This document shows, in pieces, positions 39,401 to 54,400 of a stretch of DNA of 64,000 bases. Each line of letters opens with the position of its first letter. The first letter of the stretch is position 1. The stretch lies in contig JADFYJ010000012.1 of the NCBI GenBank assembly GCA_015233115.1, forward strand, positions 15,557 to 79,556, in the 5' to 3' direction. A model generated the notes under the pieces. The model made no database searches, was not told the origin of the DNA, and saw only the letters and a list, made by a program, of their open reading frames with translations. The position numbers were made by a program, and so were the translations under genes. This DNA is from Candidatus Omnitrophota bacterium (GTDB lineage: Bacteria; Omnitrophota; Gorgyraeia; Zapsychrales; Zapsychraceae).

Positions 39401-42400
39401 CTTGCTCACGGCATTGAGTTTGGATCATCGTCGTAATAAAAACATCATTCGGATAAATATCATCCAAATTCATGACCAAAACATATTCACAGGGATCAGC
39501 CGCTAGCGCGTCTTGAATAAATAAAAAATTATTTCCCGTATTGATCAGACCCGTTCCATCCGGAGCGGATACGCGATGAAAACACGGAGCATTTTTACCG
39601 TAACGATTTATAATACTTTGTTCTAGAGCCGGAGCACCAAATCCTGTTATAATAGTGACTGGTATTTCAAGTTTAAGCAATTTATCGAGCGTGTACGAGT
39701 AGATAGGACGACCATTAACCTCAATTAAGGGTTTAGGCATGTTTATGGTCGCTCTGGCTCTTTTGCCTCGCCCTGCTCCTAACACATAAGCCCGGACAGA
39801 TAAACCACTCTCTCTTTTCAAAAATTCCTTAATGTAACTCGCGCTCCCCGCAAAACCAATTTTCCCTCTAATATAAAGCTGTTCTCCTAGCTTAACCAAG
39901 GCCTTGGCCTCTTCTAAAGATGTAACATTAACCCACCTGTAATCACTGCTGGGAATTTCGCAATACGCGTGCTTCGACGAGCTCATGGCCTCAATCGAAT
40001 CAAAAAGCTGTCTGGTATTTTTCAGCATAAAGTTAAAGGTTTTGTCCATGACCGGATACGGCACCACAATATAATTGCCCTCGCCTGCCTGCTTAGCGGC
40101 CCATTGCAATACTTTTTCTCCGATTCCCTGCCTGGTATCCTGGACCCTAAAAACATGAACCATTAATCGCATTTCTTTGTGACCGGTGATCAGCCGGGCT
40201 TCCACAAAACCTATAACGGTGCCGTATTTTTCCAAAAAATATAATTCTTTGGCAAAAGGTTTCATAATCAAACCATCTGCCAAATCAACTTTACTTCCGG
40301 ACAATGCTGAACCAAACTGGGGTGGGGCCTGGGTTCTATAAGCAGAAAAACATTCTTGAAGCGTTTCTAGAGGAGAACACTCTGACCATTCCTGCACGAG
40401 TAATTCCATAATATGCGGCATATCCGCTGTTACTATCTTACTGCTCAACCAAATCAGACGTTCAATAATTTCCGCGATAGCCGCTTTTTTAAATTCATCG
40501 GTATCTTGCTGATGAAGGATTTTGAAAATTAGCGAGGCGCATATTTCAAGAAGCAATGGTTCCTCTTCACAAATTTTCGCGATATCCATGGTCATGCCAT
40601 GATGAATACAACACGGCTGCCAGGTAAAATCCACGGCGAGTTTTATGATGCTCTCGATCGCCTCAAACAAACGCTCTGTCAACTGTCCGCGAAATAATTG
40701 GACTACATGCTCAACGATTTGCTTATGGTCATCCAAACCCTTCCATGATTGGATCCGGGAAAACTCATCTAAAGGTTCTGCCCATTCGCGTAAAATTTGT
40801 CCGACCCGTGCTATTTCCTCGTCACACTTTCCCGCGAAATTCATTTGCAGATATTTCAGGTATATTTGATACAGCTCAAACAAGGCTTCCGGATCCTGGC
40901 GCAAACCTTCGCTATTCGCCGCATCATGCGACAGGTGGTTAACTTGTTCAAGTGTGGCATGAAGCAACACAGCCTGAGTGAGCCGTGTTTTTCCTGATCG
41001 GGTCGAATCTTTGATGGCGTTTAGGAAATATTGTTCCCAAAGACAATCTGAGAAGAAAAACTGTAACTGTCCGTCTACAAAACGTTCCCAAATAAAAACC
41101 GGCGGAGCGCGTTCACTTTTTTTGTTAAAAGCATAAACGTTGGGTTGTACATCTTTATCAATTGTAAGCCAATCCTTTTCAACTGGCATGACCTCTACAT
41201 TTTTCAAACTTTGCGCCGAAACGTTCAGTTCCTGTTCCGCGTTTTCAGACACGTTGCCGAATATACCGGCCATGCCAAACCAGCGGCGTTTCGCTTTTTG
41301 GACGGGATTAATAACCTGGTCGTATTCCTGCACAATTTCCTGGACTCCCCTGCATCCTGGCTGGCCATGCCATTTAGTATCAATCACCTGCTCCATCACC
41401 CGGATAAAATTATTTCCGATTTTGTCACGATTACGGGCGGATAAAATTAACTGCACCATTGGCTCTTTGTAAATACCCTGCAAATCACACAAACTAATAA
41501 CCAATTCGCCATCTTCAAAAAAAACCGTCACATAAAAATTCCGCAAAACCTTATTCCAAGAAAATTGTTTATAAAATTTTGGCTCGATATAAAGAGTGCT
41601 CCGATAGTTAGCGTGTTTTTCAGTAATCTGTTCGACTATTGCGTTGAATTGATCCAAAGTAAGAATGTTGTTATCAGGTAATTTTTTAAAAACCAAATTT
41701 TTGTTTACAAGGGGAACACCTAAAAATTCTTCCAACCAGGTTATTGGTTCCAAATGACGCCGATAGGGCACTGCCACCACTTGAGCCTCAAACGCGCCAG
41801 TCTGCAATGCCGGGACAGAAACCAGTAAAACATTTCCCATGGAATCCATTATCCGTATATCTCCCAATTCATTGGCCGCTTTCCTCGATGAAAAACTATC
41901 CTCATTCATAGCCACATGAATCCCCAAAATCAACCGTTCCTTTTGACGGGCCAAGTCGGAATTTTCGTCAGTCAAAAGGCCGCCGGCGGATTGATCCGGA
42001 TTCCATACTGACGTACCCCCGCCTTCAAAAACCAATTTAAAGGTATCCTCAAAAAATTTCGCCGAAGCCGTCATCTCAACTGAAATAAAATCTAAAATTT
42101 CCTTAGCTATCATTTCTTCGGAAATCAAATCTTCCCGATCCTTTAATTCTGTTAAGAACTCAAAAAGTTGCCCCACAAAATCATGCAAACTATTCTGGGT
42201 TATAAGCGGCCGCCCGTATAATATATCCAACTTGTGTTGTTTATCAAAAAATGCATCGAGTTGATGGCGGATTTTTACCAAAAAAATGCTCCGTAAAACA
42301 GGTATACTTTTTGTTTCACTCACCATATCCCAAACCTGTGTTGTTATTTCCAACAATGCCATACAAAGCCGCAAGTCATTTTTAATTTTTTGTTCAATTA

Positions 42401-45400
42401 TCTTCAATTCTTCAATCATTAGCGCGTGTTTGGGAATAGATCCGACCAAATAAGCTCTATGACTCAAATCTTCATAAAATACCAACCTAGCGTTTTCAAT
42501 GATAAACCGGGCGATTTCCAAAACTTTGGGATGGAAACGGTAATATCTGGCCCACAAAACCGGCAAACTTTCACCTGTTGCATTTGCCAAGCCCTTTAAC
42601 CGTTCATTAAATGCGCGGGCCTCGTTAATTTCAGTCCGTTCTTTTTCAGATTTCGCGGCTTCTGGTGATTTACCGGACAATACCTGTAAAGAATGCCACA
42701 AAGCCGGACCGCCAAAGACGGGCCGCGTAAGCCAGTTCATTTTATCTTCTTTTTTGGTTCTAATCCCGACAGATGTGGTTTGTTTAGGCAGCGACGGATC
42801 ATACTGAAATAATGACTGGAGAAATAAGTATTCACTTTTTCCAGCTAAAAAAACCAGCTCGAACTTCTGTCCGGACCGCGGTAAATCTCTTAAATAATCA
42901 AAAATCTCAACAGTAAATCCGCCTTCTAAAACCGGAGTATATGGAGAGGGCATTTCACCCGGCCATAATTTTTTGCGCGCAAAAATATCGCCGGCAATAA
43001 CCGCGCGCTTATACCCTTGGCTAATCAACCAATCAACCGCGGATTTTAAACGGCTGAGATGCCCATGGGGCTGGCTGATAAACACGTCTCGGTCAACCGT
43101 GTGATAAGCTAAATTACTGATCCATCTGCGGTATATATGATCCAACTCTCTCAAACGCGTTAAATCATATTCGGTGGCCCGCACATCAACATTCTTGACT
43201 TCATATTTGACGCGAGCCGGCCTGTTCATAGATTTCTGTAATAGAATTTCAATGGTATTGATATCATTGAATTTTAACTCGTATTTAGTTCTTGCTGTTG
43301 TGTTCAAGGCTTTTCGCAATATAACAGCAATTTTATTTATATCTTTTGGCTTCAACTTATTAATAGCCTCTATAATCTGCTCTTTGCTCTTTTTATTTAA
43401 ATTTAAACGCACCTGTCGAAAAGATATTTTCCCCCAAACAGTATTTTGGGTATCCGGATCTAAAACCGTGCCTTTCAGCGACTTGATTTTTATAAGAGAC
43501 GCTTTCTTAACGACCTCGTAACTCGCCCCCGCGTTTTCTTTTCGAATAACTTTTATAGCTTCAAAAACCTTATCTGTAATTAGCCGAAGCTGGACTTTAC
43601 GATCAATGACATTGCTCTGGTCAGTGCCTTGATCCGCGATAATGAGCACCAGAGCACTTTTTGTGATACGGGCTAAAGCGGCCCGGGTCTCTTCCATAAT
43701 TTTACTGACATGCACGTTGCCGCGAATCACTAAAACAGCTTCAGAACGTTCATCCGGCGTTTCTATACCAACAACTTGCGGTTCGTTATCTTCACCTTTT
43801 AACCATTCTCTCCATCGGCAAGGCTGTCCTTCAATAATATAACGTCCATGGACGTACCCGCTGATCATGTTATCGATTTCTGCTGGCGTTAATTTTGTTC
43901 TGCGGCGGGAAACGGGATAATAATATCCGCTGGCAGTTCTCCGTTCCCCCCTCAGCTTTACAAAATAAGTCGCTAAAGATGAAAAATACATTGTGTATAA
44001 CAATAGACCAAAAACATATCCCAGCGATACAGGCGTAACTGGAAATCCAAATAAAAAGCCTATCATTAACCCGCCCGAAATAAACAAAAGCTTTTTAGCC
44101 ATCGGATAACAAAACGTCATTTGTACCGCAAATGTTTCATCCCGGAAGCCCATAAGATAATGCAAAGTGGCGTGAAAATAGATAATTTTTTGAATAAACG
44201 GCGGAACAAAGCGCATAGCTTTAAAATCAATAAACATTTCACCAAAACCCCGGCTGAACTTGACATACTCAATTTTATGAAGAGATTCCGGATCGCGTTC
44301 ATAAAGATCGCGGATATCGCGCGCCTTGTGTAAATCCTTAAATTCAGGAATAAGTTCGTAATTGTTTCGCTGGAACCAGAAGTTATTCAAACGGAAATCC
44401 ATTGCCGACTCAATGAAACTTGCCGTAGCTAAGGGAAGAATGATCATGGAAGCCAAAACACTTAAGCAAGTGACATCCACCCATAATGCGCAGGGGATCA
44501 AAAAACGGGCAACGCCGTATATTAAAAAACCCACATATCCGGCATACGCACCGTAGCGGATACTCTCGTCTATGGCATTGCCTGTAGACGGCTCTTCTTC
44601 TGGGAACATCTGCGAATTTTTCACCAGCCATTTTGACGCGGTTAAATTTTTATCCGCAAGTGCTTTTGAAAAATATATTTGCTTTTTAAAATCCCATTCA
44701 TCTTGTTCGCCAATATACGTTTTTTTAGGATAATAACCTAACCAGTCATACAAAGCTTTTTGATCTTCACCTTTGGTAATATCAATCAATACAAAATCAT
44801 CTAACTCCTGTTCAAAATACCACTGTAAATATTCGATCCTGGCGATCGGTAATGGCTGACGGTCATCATTCGCGGTGAGCTTATCATCACTCTTTTGTCC
44901 TGGATAACCGGCAGAAAATTGGCCGTCTGTAAAGCTTAAATAAAATTTGCGTTTTTCAAATATAACTTCCAGCCACTGATGGAAATACTGTCGCGAACGG
45001 TCCCAGCCATCTTTCCGGGTTAATGTTATTCGAGGGCCAAAACGATTTTGTAAAATAAGCTCTGAAAGGCCTGAAGCATAGACACAGGTACGTGGATAAG
45101 TAAGGCCGTGTGAACCATCTGCCAAAAGAACTTCGCTTCCGGCGATAAGCTCGTATTGGACCGGTCGGTTTATCTCACGGATAAACGCTATCAGCTGTGA
45201 TGCGGAAGAAATTTCCATCAAATACGCGTTTAATTCCTGCTCTACAGCCAAAAACGAAAATTTGTATTCTTTTGCATGCGTTTCTTCATGAGTTATTATG
45301 GCCTGTCGAACAGCGGTGGGTAAGAAATAAAATGCCGGATGGTAATAAATTTTCCCGTCGATGGTCTGGGCCATTTCAAAGAAAGCAAATCTAGTTTCCA

Positions 45401-48400
45401 CAGGCGGCGCCCAATAACCAAACGTTATGGCTTTCAAAAAATAATATATCGCCAACGCGGAAATAATACACCCATCGTGCCATAAAAGTTGAGCCAAACC
45501 GCGCCAGCCTGTTTCCCTATGGATATCGTGCCACAGCGAAAACCAGGCAAAAACCCGACGAGCCATGATTATGGGTGCCAGATCCAACAACGCCGGATCT
45601 GAAAATTCGCCTTGCTGACCGTTACCACGGTTCACGCTGACCCAAACCGCATCAAATTTTTTGAAAGGCAGCTTCCCGGCAAAAGGATGAATGGGTTCTA
45701 GATAAAAAGGTGAATCTCGCTGAATATCGCAGCCAAAAGATAACTCCAGAGTATATTCCGACAAATATACCGCCATACTGTTACTTATACTTTCTACGTC
45801 CTGTGCGTAGGCCCAATAATCGATTAAAAACAAGGGGCAAACGCTCTCGCTTTGTCCTATCGAAGCGGTATCTAAAGATTTGATAACAATTTTAATGATT
45901 CTTTTTTTATTCTCCCCTCGTGGTTTAAATACGGCAACATGATCAAGATTTTTGACGTAAACTGAATTTTTCGGCAATGCCAACAATTTATGTAGCAAAT
46001 CACCAAAAACAATTGCAGATGCGTCCTTCCATCCAGTCAAACCCTTCCGATGATTAATCGCCGAATCCAAGACCTCATTAATTTCTTTGGTCATAAAAAA
46101 TTCAACAAATCCGGAGTTAACTTGTTCTATATTGATCTTCATTTCCGGCACTAAATCCACATAAAGTTCAACCGCGCATCCAGCCCCCCTGACTAAAGTT
46201 TGCACGACGCTGAATATGTCCTTCGCTACAGCTGATGTCAACAAAGCGTAATCCAGCACAAAAATATTTTTGTCGAAAAATTCCGCTTGATCGGCCACAT
46301 ATTCAGCTAAATTATCAAAACCAAATTTATCTAAATACTGGCGGACCTCGGCCATCATGTTGACCCGGTTAATGCCCATGTCCCCATTACAGCAGATTTC
46401 ATCCCGACTATTTTTCATAGACTCTTCATATTGTCGGATCATTTCGCGGCGTAAATGCTGAAGTAAAACAATCAATGGACTTACTTCGTCCTTTTTGTGC
46501 TCTGGGCAAACCAAAACAGCAAACGCGCTCTCTCGTGCATGAAGGCTCCCTTTTAGATCAAGCAAGCCTAAATCCCGACGTTCTTCATCGGGAATTTGAC
46601 AGTTCTTTTTAGCTTGTTTTTCAATTTCTTCATCAATAGCTTTACGTAATTCCGGGCTCTCTTCATATCCAGCTTCCCGGAAAGCGCCATAAGCCTCATG
46701 GGCTAATACTTCCTGCCTTAAATCTCTCGGCGCTTTATACCAAAGCCCTTCTGCGACCCATATCTGAATTTTTTTATGATCCTCATCTATACTCCTCGTC
46801 GCAAAGATATCTCGTCCAGGAGCAAAATCCTCAGCCGGAAAATCCTCGTTCTGTAGCACGCCCAACCCATATGTTTTTCCCCGCGTCCCTGTAGATAAAG
46901 GCGACACGACCATATAAGATATGTTCCATCCGTTCGCGAAATTTTCTAAATCGGCCGCATTAATACCCCGCTTTCTTAAGCCATCTAAAATAAACTGCCA
47001 ATAAGTTTTTTTAAAATCATTAGAGTGGATTAATGCTTTTTTGAAAATTGTATCCATAATCCGTTCCGCCACAGCCTGAACCTTTCGAGGGAGCTGATAT
47101 CCGCAGGCCGACACGGCGCCTCGCGATCCAAACACTACACAAATATCTGTTAGATAATACCGGCGGGCACCTGGAAAACGCTCTTTAAGGTCTAATGAGA
47201 AAACAACTTCTTTTACGGCCTGGCCCTGCCAGTCAAAAGGCTGGTCATAAATAATCTTGATCCTGGTTTCTTCACCATTATTAGATGAAATTATTTTTTT
47301 GCGGCCCTCTTTCAACATGCGCGCTATTATATCTGGAGTTTCTGGAGCAGTACTTATTCTTATTCCCTCTGCCTCCCTGCCGCGTACTCTAAAAGCAAGA
47401 CGAATATTAGACAACACCTTATCGTGCTCACCATTAATATCTAAAGAGAAATCTGACCGACGAATTGATTTTCGCCAATACCAAAAATAGAAATCTCTTA
47501 ATTCTCCCCTTTTATACCGGTTATTTTTACCAAATAAGGGGAACGCATTAATAATTTCCCATACCTTCCCTTGCTCGGAATCTTTTCTTAAAGAAACGCC
47601 CACATGCATAAACTCAATACCAAAACGGCCAGACTCATCTTCGGTTAAAAAATAACGATAGCAATCATCACCCGACAATGTATTAGTGTGGTAACCTTTT
47701 TCTAAAGTCAAAAGAATTAAACCCAGGATCTGATGGTCAGAAAGATGTTGAGGAAAAATAGAATCACCGCTCGGACGTAAAAGTTTCCCTGCTATAGTAT
47801 GACGAGCCAAGATATGACGCCAGCCCTTTGTTGAAGCCGCGCCTTGTTTAAGAATAAATTGTTGCTGCTTATTATTGTATTCACGCGTTAACGAAAACAC
47901 TTCCTGCTCCATAAAGTCACGCGTAATAAGAACTTCATTGTCCCGGTTCACTGGTTCCGGTCCTTTACTTTCAGCGGAGACTTCTTCTGGCTCAGTATTT
48001 TCCTTATTTTCAGTAGATAAAGGCTGACTCTTTATAAAGGTATTTTTATTAGTGAACCGGTATTTAATTAACGTCCAAATCGCGCTGACACCATCGATCC
48101 AGTTAATGGATTTGCCCTGTTCAATGGTCCGGGGAGTCCATTGAATTTGTTTTTCAATTATTTTGTGCCCTAAACGAAGCACTTTGGCAGTAATTTCTGG
48201 CTCTAATTCAAAGTGCTCGCCTTTTAAAACTAACTGTCGTAGAAGACGAGTCCGATAGAGTTTATATCCAGTCGGTTCATCAGTAATTTGAGAACGGTAT
48301 AAGAAATTTGTCAACCAGGTCAAAAGCCGGCCGCCAAAATAAAATCTCATATACGGGACGTTTTCGGGTTCATGTTCTAGACGGCGGGAACCATAAACCA

Positions 48401-51400
48401 CGTCCACGTTAGGCTGTTCAAACAATTCCACTAAACCCGGAATATCGTTCGGATCATATTCACCGTCGCTATCCTGAACCACGAAAATCTCTCCCGTAGC
48501 CGCCTGAAGCGCGGAGCGGACGGTCATGCCTTTTCCCATATTGGAAGGATGCTCAATAACCACGACATTAGGCTGATTTGCCAAAGAGCGTAACTGGTTT
48601 AAAATAGCCGGGTTGGCCTTATTCACTCCGTCGATAACAATAATAATTTCTTTGTTGATAGGAAGGGCTTGCACGTGTTCGAAAACAGAAAATATAGTGA
48701 TTCGCTTAGCGCGCGACGGCATCACAATAGAAATTTTTACTTGCGGTAATGCCATCAATGCTGACCTGGTTGGTGATCCAGATAACCCCGCGTCATGCTT
48801 GCCAAACATTTTGACTAAAGCATCTCTCCTGAGCTTTAAGGCAAACTTAATATATTCCGCCAAACCTCCAGCTTTGATAGCGGCATGGAAGGTATTTATG
48901 GGTGCCATGCGTTGATAACGAGCTTTACGATTCCAGCGTCCGGCTTTATTTTCTGTTTCCAATTGCCTAATCCACTGAGCGAGGATGGCAAGGCCCTGTT
49001 CTCCTGAGGGCATTCCTGACCTATCCACAATCGTGGCGATTTGTTCATCCGTAATCGAGCCGATGCGCTCTACCAAGGCGGAAAGATAATGTTCGTTTTG
49101 CGCCGCGAATCCATAAGCTTCATTGACAATATCTCTTGAGCCTAAACGGGGCGAACGTAAAATATCCTGCATAATCAATGCGTCCATGCTCGCGGGAAAA
49201 GGTAAAAATCCACCTGTGGCGCGGAACATTAAAGAACAACCAAAATCAATGTGCAGAACCGGCGGACCGCGTATGTCATCCGAACGTTTAAAAAGCATAT
49301 TTTTAGGAACACGATCCCTCTCTCCTAGTAATAAACTTAAAATAAATGCGCCTTGTATTTCAGCAGTATGATGAAAAGGCGCATCCAACCATAATCCTCC
49401 CATACGGTAACCTTCGGCATATTCCATGGCCAAGACATCAGCCATATCTGGTTCCGCGTTAGTCGTCTGCTGTAATTTACCAAACCGGTCCCTTTGTTGC
49501 ACCTTGACACGCTGCATTTTAACAACCGGCAATCCTAATAATGCGAAAAACTTATGGGCGATAATCTCGGTCCAGATCAAATAATCAACGCCGCTCTTAA
49601 TAAGAATTTTTTCGCCGGCCAGTGAATCCGTGTGCACATCAATGGGGTTAGTAAAAAACCGAGTGACGTCTAAAGGCTTTACAAATGAAAATCTCGAATC
49701 TAATTTGCCTCTGTCATCCGCGTAATTTCCTTCGGCTAAATGAATAAGTTCTTCACCTTTAATAGCGGCAATAGCTTCCGGAGTCCTTAAACCTTGTAAA
49801 AGATCCTGTTCTGTTGGAGCGGAATACCGTCGGATCAGCATTCGTCCTTCCCGTCCGTACAATTTAACCATGGCATCATCAATCGTTTGCCGCGCTTCCG
49901 GATCTTTAACCTGTTGGAGAGCCTGCCTCATATAGCGTCGAATCGAAACTTTAACCGGCCGCATTTCTCCTAATATAAAAGCCGCGCTTTCCACAATCCA
50001 CGGTTGGCGGGACAATAAATTCTGACGAAGAACTTTAACCAGCGTCGGGTTTTCCAGTTTTCCGCGCACCGGAATGATGGCTTCGATAACCGCGATCCAC
50101 GCTTCTTTTTCCGCTTCCCGTTGAAAGGAATCGAGGCACCGTTTAAACGCCGGCGCCCAAATTTCAAAATCAAAACTCTCCAACATTTCCGTTAATATTT
50201 CCTTGGCGTTTTTCCATAAATCTTCGTCTAAGGTTTTATGAATTAAGACCGCGAAAATTTTTTCTAAAATTTCAAAACGTTCCCCCCTGTTCAGCTCGCC
50301 AAAATATCTTGATCGTATCGCCCACAAATGCGCTATCCGGTTTGATAAAACGTCACCTGCGCCTGCTGTTGGCTCAGAAGCCCAATTAAAATAATATGCC
50401 GCTCTAGGATTTTTATTAAAATGCTCCCGGTAACTCAACACTAATTGTGCCGAGTTCCACACGTACTGTTGATCCGCGTTATAAAAACTTGGAACACGCA
50501 GCTTTAGAAAATTCCGGTATATAAAAAATTGGGCAAACAACTCTTTTGCATAAACATAACCGTGCATAGCCGTGATGATAATCGGAATAAACCAAGAAGC
50601 CGCTATTGTCAATAAACTTCCTGGATACATTTTTTGCCGTAACCGCATTAACCGGCTCAACATAATCGGCGCGTCTTTTTCCAGATCAACCGACGTGCCT
50701 TTTTTGTCTTCATTCCAAACAATAGGAACCTCTTTTAAACGGTATCCTGCTATAGCGGCTAAAAACAAAAGCTCGACATCAAAAGACATTTGCCGGTCTT
50801 CCGCACGACTTAAAATATCTTCCAGCGCTTCTCTCGAAAATGCTTTAAACCCGCATTGCGTATCCGAGACCCGCTTTAAGGGAGGGAATAAACTATGAAT
50901 AAAAAAATTAAAAACAAAACTGGATAAGCGAGCCTGTTCTGATCGGCCTTGCGTTTTAGCATCCTTGACATAACGCGATCCGAACACCACATCCGCGGTC
51001 TGTTTGACCAAACTATCGAGTAAGAGATGAATTTGTTTTAAATCTGTCGATAAATCTGTATCCGTGTAAAACACATAATCCGCTCCATTTCTAAGTGCGT
51101 CACGCATTCCATATAAAACCGCCCCACCTTTTTTTGATTCGTCAACTGAACTTAACCCCTCTTGGGCCAAAACATCTTCCAGCGCCAAAGTCCGCACTTG
51201 ATGATTTTTAACAAATTCCGCGAAATCTGGATTAGACCTTAAAATCTGATCAATAAGTTGTTTCGTTTCCTGTAAGGGAGACCCATCATCAACAAACACA
51301 ACTTCCCACACTGTGTCAACATGGTTCCGGAAAGCTTCCTTCATTTGCGCTAATTTTTCATAAAGAGAATTTTGTCCGTCAACATGAAAATTGGGATGCC

Positions 51401-54400
51401 ATAAACGGGCGCCGCTCCGGCAGGGAACGATCACACTAATCTTTTTGCGCGCGGCTATTTCTCGGGCCGCTTCTTTTTGAATACCCAATAAAATCTCCGC
51501 GATGATCTCCCGCCATCCGTCAGAGCCGACGAAAATAGTCCCATCCCAAGCCCATATAACTAATTGTGGATTAATGCGGTTAATAATTTCCTTAAATTTT
51601 GCTTCGTCCGTAAAATCTTTTATGATGATGGCGCTTGGATTGACTTCTAATAATTTTTCCGCGTCTTTTGACTGACGGGCCACAGCAATAAATGGTAATC
51701 CCAAATCTTTAGCTAAACGCGCGTCTTGCCTGCCGTCGCCAATGGACAAAACTCGCCGAGGATCAATTTGCTGTTGTTTGATAACCGCTTCAACGATTTT
51801 CTTTTTATCAAAAAGAGCCACACCCAAAGCCAAAGAACTCGGGCTCAGCTCAGCATAAACTTCTTCAAAATATTGCCGAACATTTAACGCGGCCAATTCC
51901 CAGACTTTATGTTCAATCGGCCCGCCGGAAACTAAAACCATTGGCGCAGACATGCTTCGCAAAAATTCCAGAAAATTTTCAACACCTTTGGCCAATGGTT
52001 TTTCAACTTCCCATAATGAAGATTTGGATTTTTTTAATTCCAATGTTCGCTCATTAAAAATTTGATAATATTCCCCGGCCGATTTCAGCGCCCGCGCCCC
52101 TTTTGTTTTTAAATAATCCAAAACCCATTCAATTTGCTCCAGAGGAAGAGATTTAGGATTTTGGCTCAGTTCCCCCGACCACGACCCCATTAAATCCCGC
52201 GCCTTTGTCCTCGCAGTCTTTTCTGTCAATTCAAATTTTAAAGCACTTTCCGAAGAAAAAACAAAAAAACGGTCTGTAAGATCACCCGTGTTTCTGGCAA
52301 TCAGATTATTATTCTGTAATAATTCTATGGTGAGGGGTTCCGCGTCTCGTTCTTTCAATCTTAACAACGCGTGCAGAATAAATTCATGGTGAGCCATGAT
52401 CTGGGAATATTTTAAGGACACATCGTTCGACAAATGCACGGCCTGAATATGGACAGCATTCTCAACGTAATCATACCACATCGACGAAGCATTAATTTCC
52501 GCAGGTTCGATAATGATATTTGTTTTAAGCGGCGGCCCGGTTACATAATGTGACATAAAGCCCATAATTTCTTTTAACCGTTCCTGATAAGCCGGATTCA
52601 TTTGGGCCCATAAAGTCTCATCCCATTTAAAATTATTTTTCCCGCGAATAATGACTTGGCCTAAAGGCACAGGTGTAAAACCGGCCACATCCGCGGGGAT
52701 TGCCATAACTTTATCCGGCGCGTTCACACGTGTCTGGTCTAAAAACTCCTTAATGTATGCCACCGTCAGCCGCTTGGTTTCCTTTAATCGGTTAAGCCCG
52801 TAAATCAATTTACCTTGGGGATCTACGCCATCAATTCTGGCATCGTGAGTCCAGGCCGGATCTTCATAAGGCAAGAAATCACCATGCGCGGTAATATCCT
52901 GAAGCGCGTGTACGCCCCGTCCTAAATAATAAAAAATTTGATAATGAGATGTGCCTTTTTGAGCAGCCGTTTCAAGGGCTTTTTCCAACATTTCTTTCGC
53001 AAAGATTATCCGTGAATCATTTTCCTGATCTCCTGCCCCATTAGGTTTACGGTTCATGTTCATATGCATACGTAGATATTGATATTCAGCGCTGCGATAA
53101 AATGGCACAAAATTCAGATAAGAATCGGTGGTGATGCAAGCGGAAGCCAGAAGTCGAGCTTCCCATTTATCGAATCCTGCTTTTAATGCCCACGCATAAG
53201 TTGAATCTACATAATACCGGTTGAAAAGCGGCACACCATAATGAATTTGGTTGGCTGCCCAATTAATCATAATGCGTCGGTCAAAATGTCCCCAATGATT
53301 GACCGGACAAATATAAAAAATAAATCCAATCGCCCGGCGTAAAAGGCTATAAATAAAACCATTGAGCAAAAGTAAATATTCGTGAATACGGTCAACAGCA
53401 TGGGAAGGCAAGATATCTCTGCTGATAATCCCTGGCGGTTGATTTTTGAATAAACGAAATATTTTAACTTTGTGGTGAAAATCTTCAATCAGTGCGACTA
53501 CGAAAAATTTCCACAATGCCCTTTGGATCGAGTATCCATAAATCATAAATCCCACAAAAAATATCACCGCAAACAGTCCGATAGGAATCGCAATGCACCC
53601 CAATGCGGCCCAGTCCAAGTCATTTCCTGCGAGAGAATCAACATACATTGTTCTGGTCCAGGCTTTTGATGAAACAGCCATGAACGCGGCCATGAAAATA
53701 AATTTAACAACAGAATACCCGTTGCTTCCCCCTGCCGTTTTTATCGCTTCAAATTTTATTTGTCTCAAAAGCCAGCCGGTTGCTTCAGCTCTTTTTAATT
53801 TACAGATTAAAGATACCGGTATTTGGTTTTCAGATTCATAATCATACCTATTAACCGAAAAACTTCCTTTCCCAACTAATAAAGAATGGTCAACAGCTTC
53901 TTTTTCTGCCATATCTCCAATTTTCACGACTTTATCTAATTCTAAACTAGTGTCTTTTAAAAAATGCTTTAAAGCTGTTCCCTTATTTAATCCTTTGGAT
54001 GAAATAGTTATTGATCCTGAAGTTTCTATTGAACTGCTGCGTAAAGCGGTTAGCGGTAGTCCTGACAAATCAAACAACTGATTAATTCTTTGGACCATAT
54101 TCATTTGATTCCCAGGTTTTTTAGGCCAAATATGTATTTTATATTTACTCACGGAATAATCTTCATCATAGGCCAAAATATATGTTCTCAATAATGAGAT
54201 GGCGGCTTGGGTAACATATGCGGGTATGGTTTTTTCATAAAATTTACTAACAGATCCTCTATCTAAACGATAACCATACGCGCCATTGACAGGATAAATA
54301 TAGAAAAATGGTAAAGTATGAAGATTGCAGCGAGCATGATTTAGAATTAGATTTAAAAATTTATTACGCAAAGAATCATCCGTACGTGCTGTAATAATAC

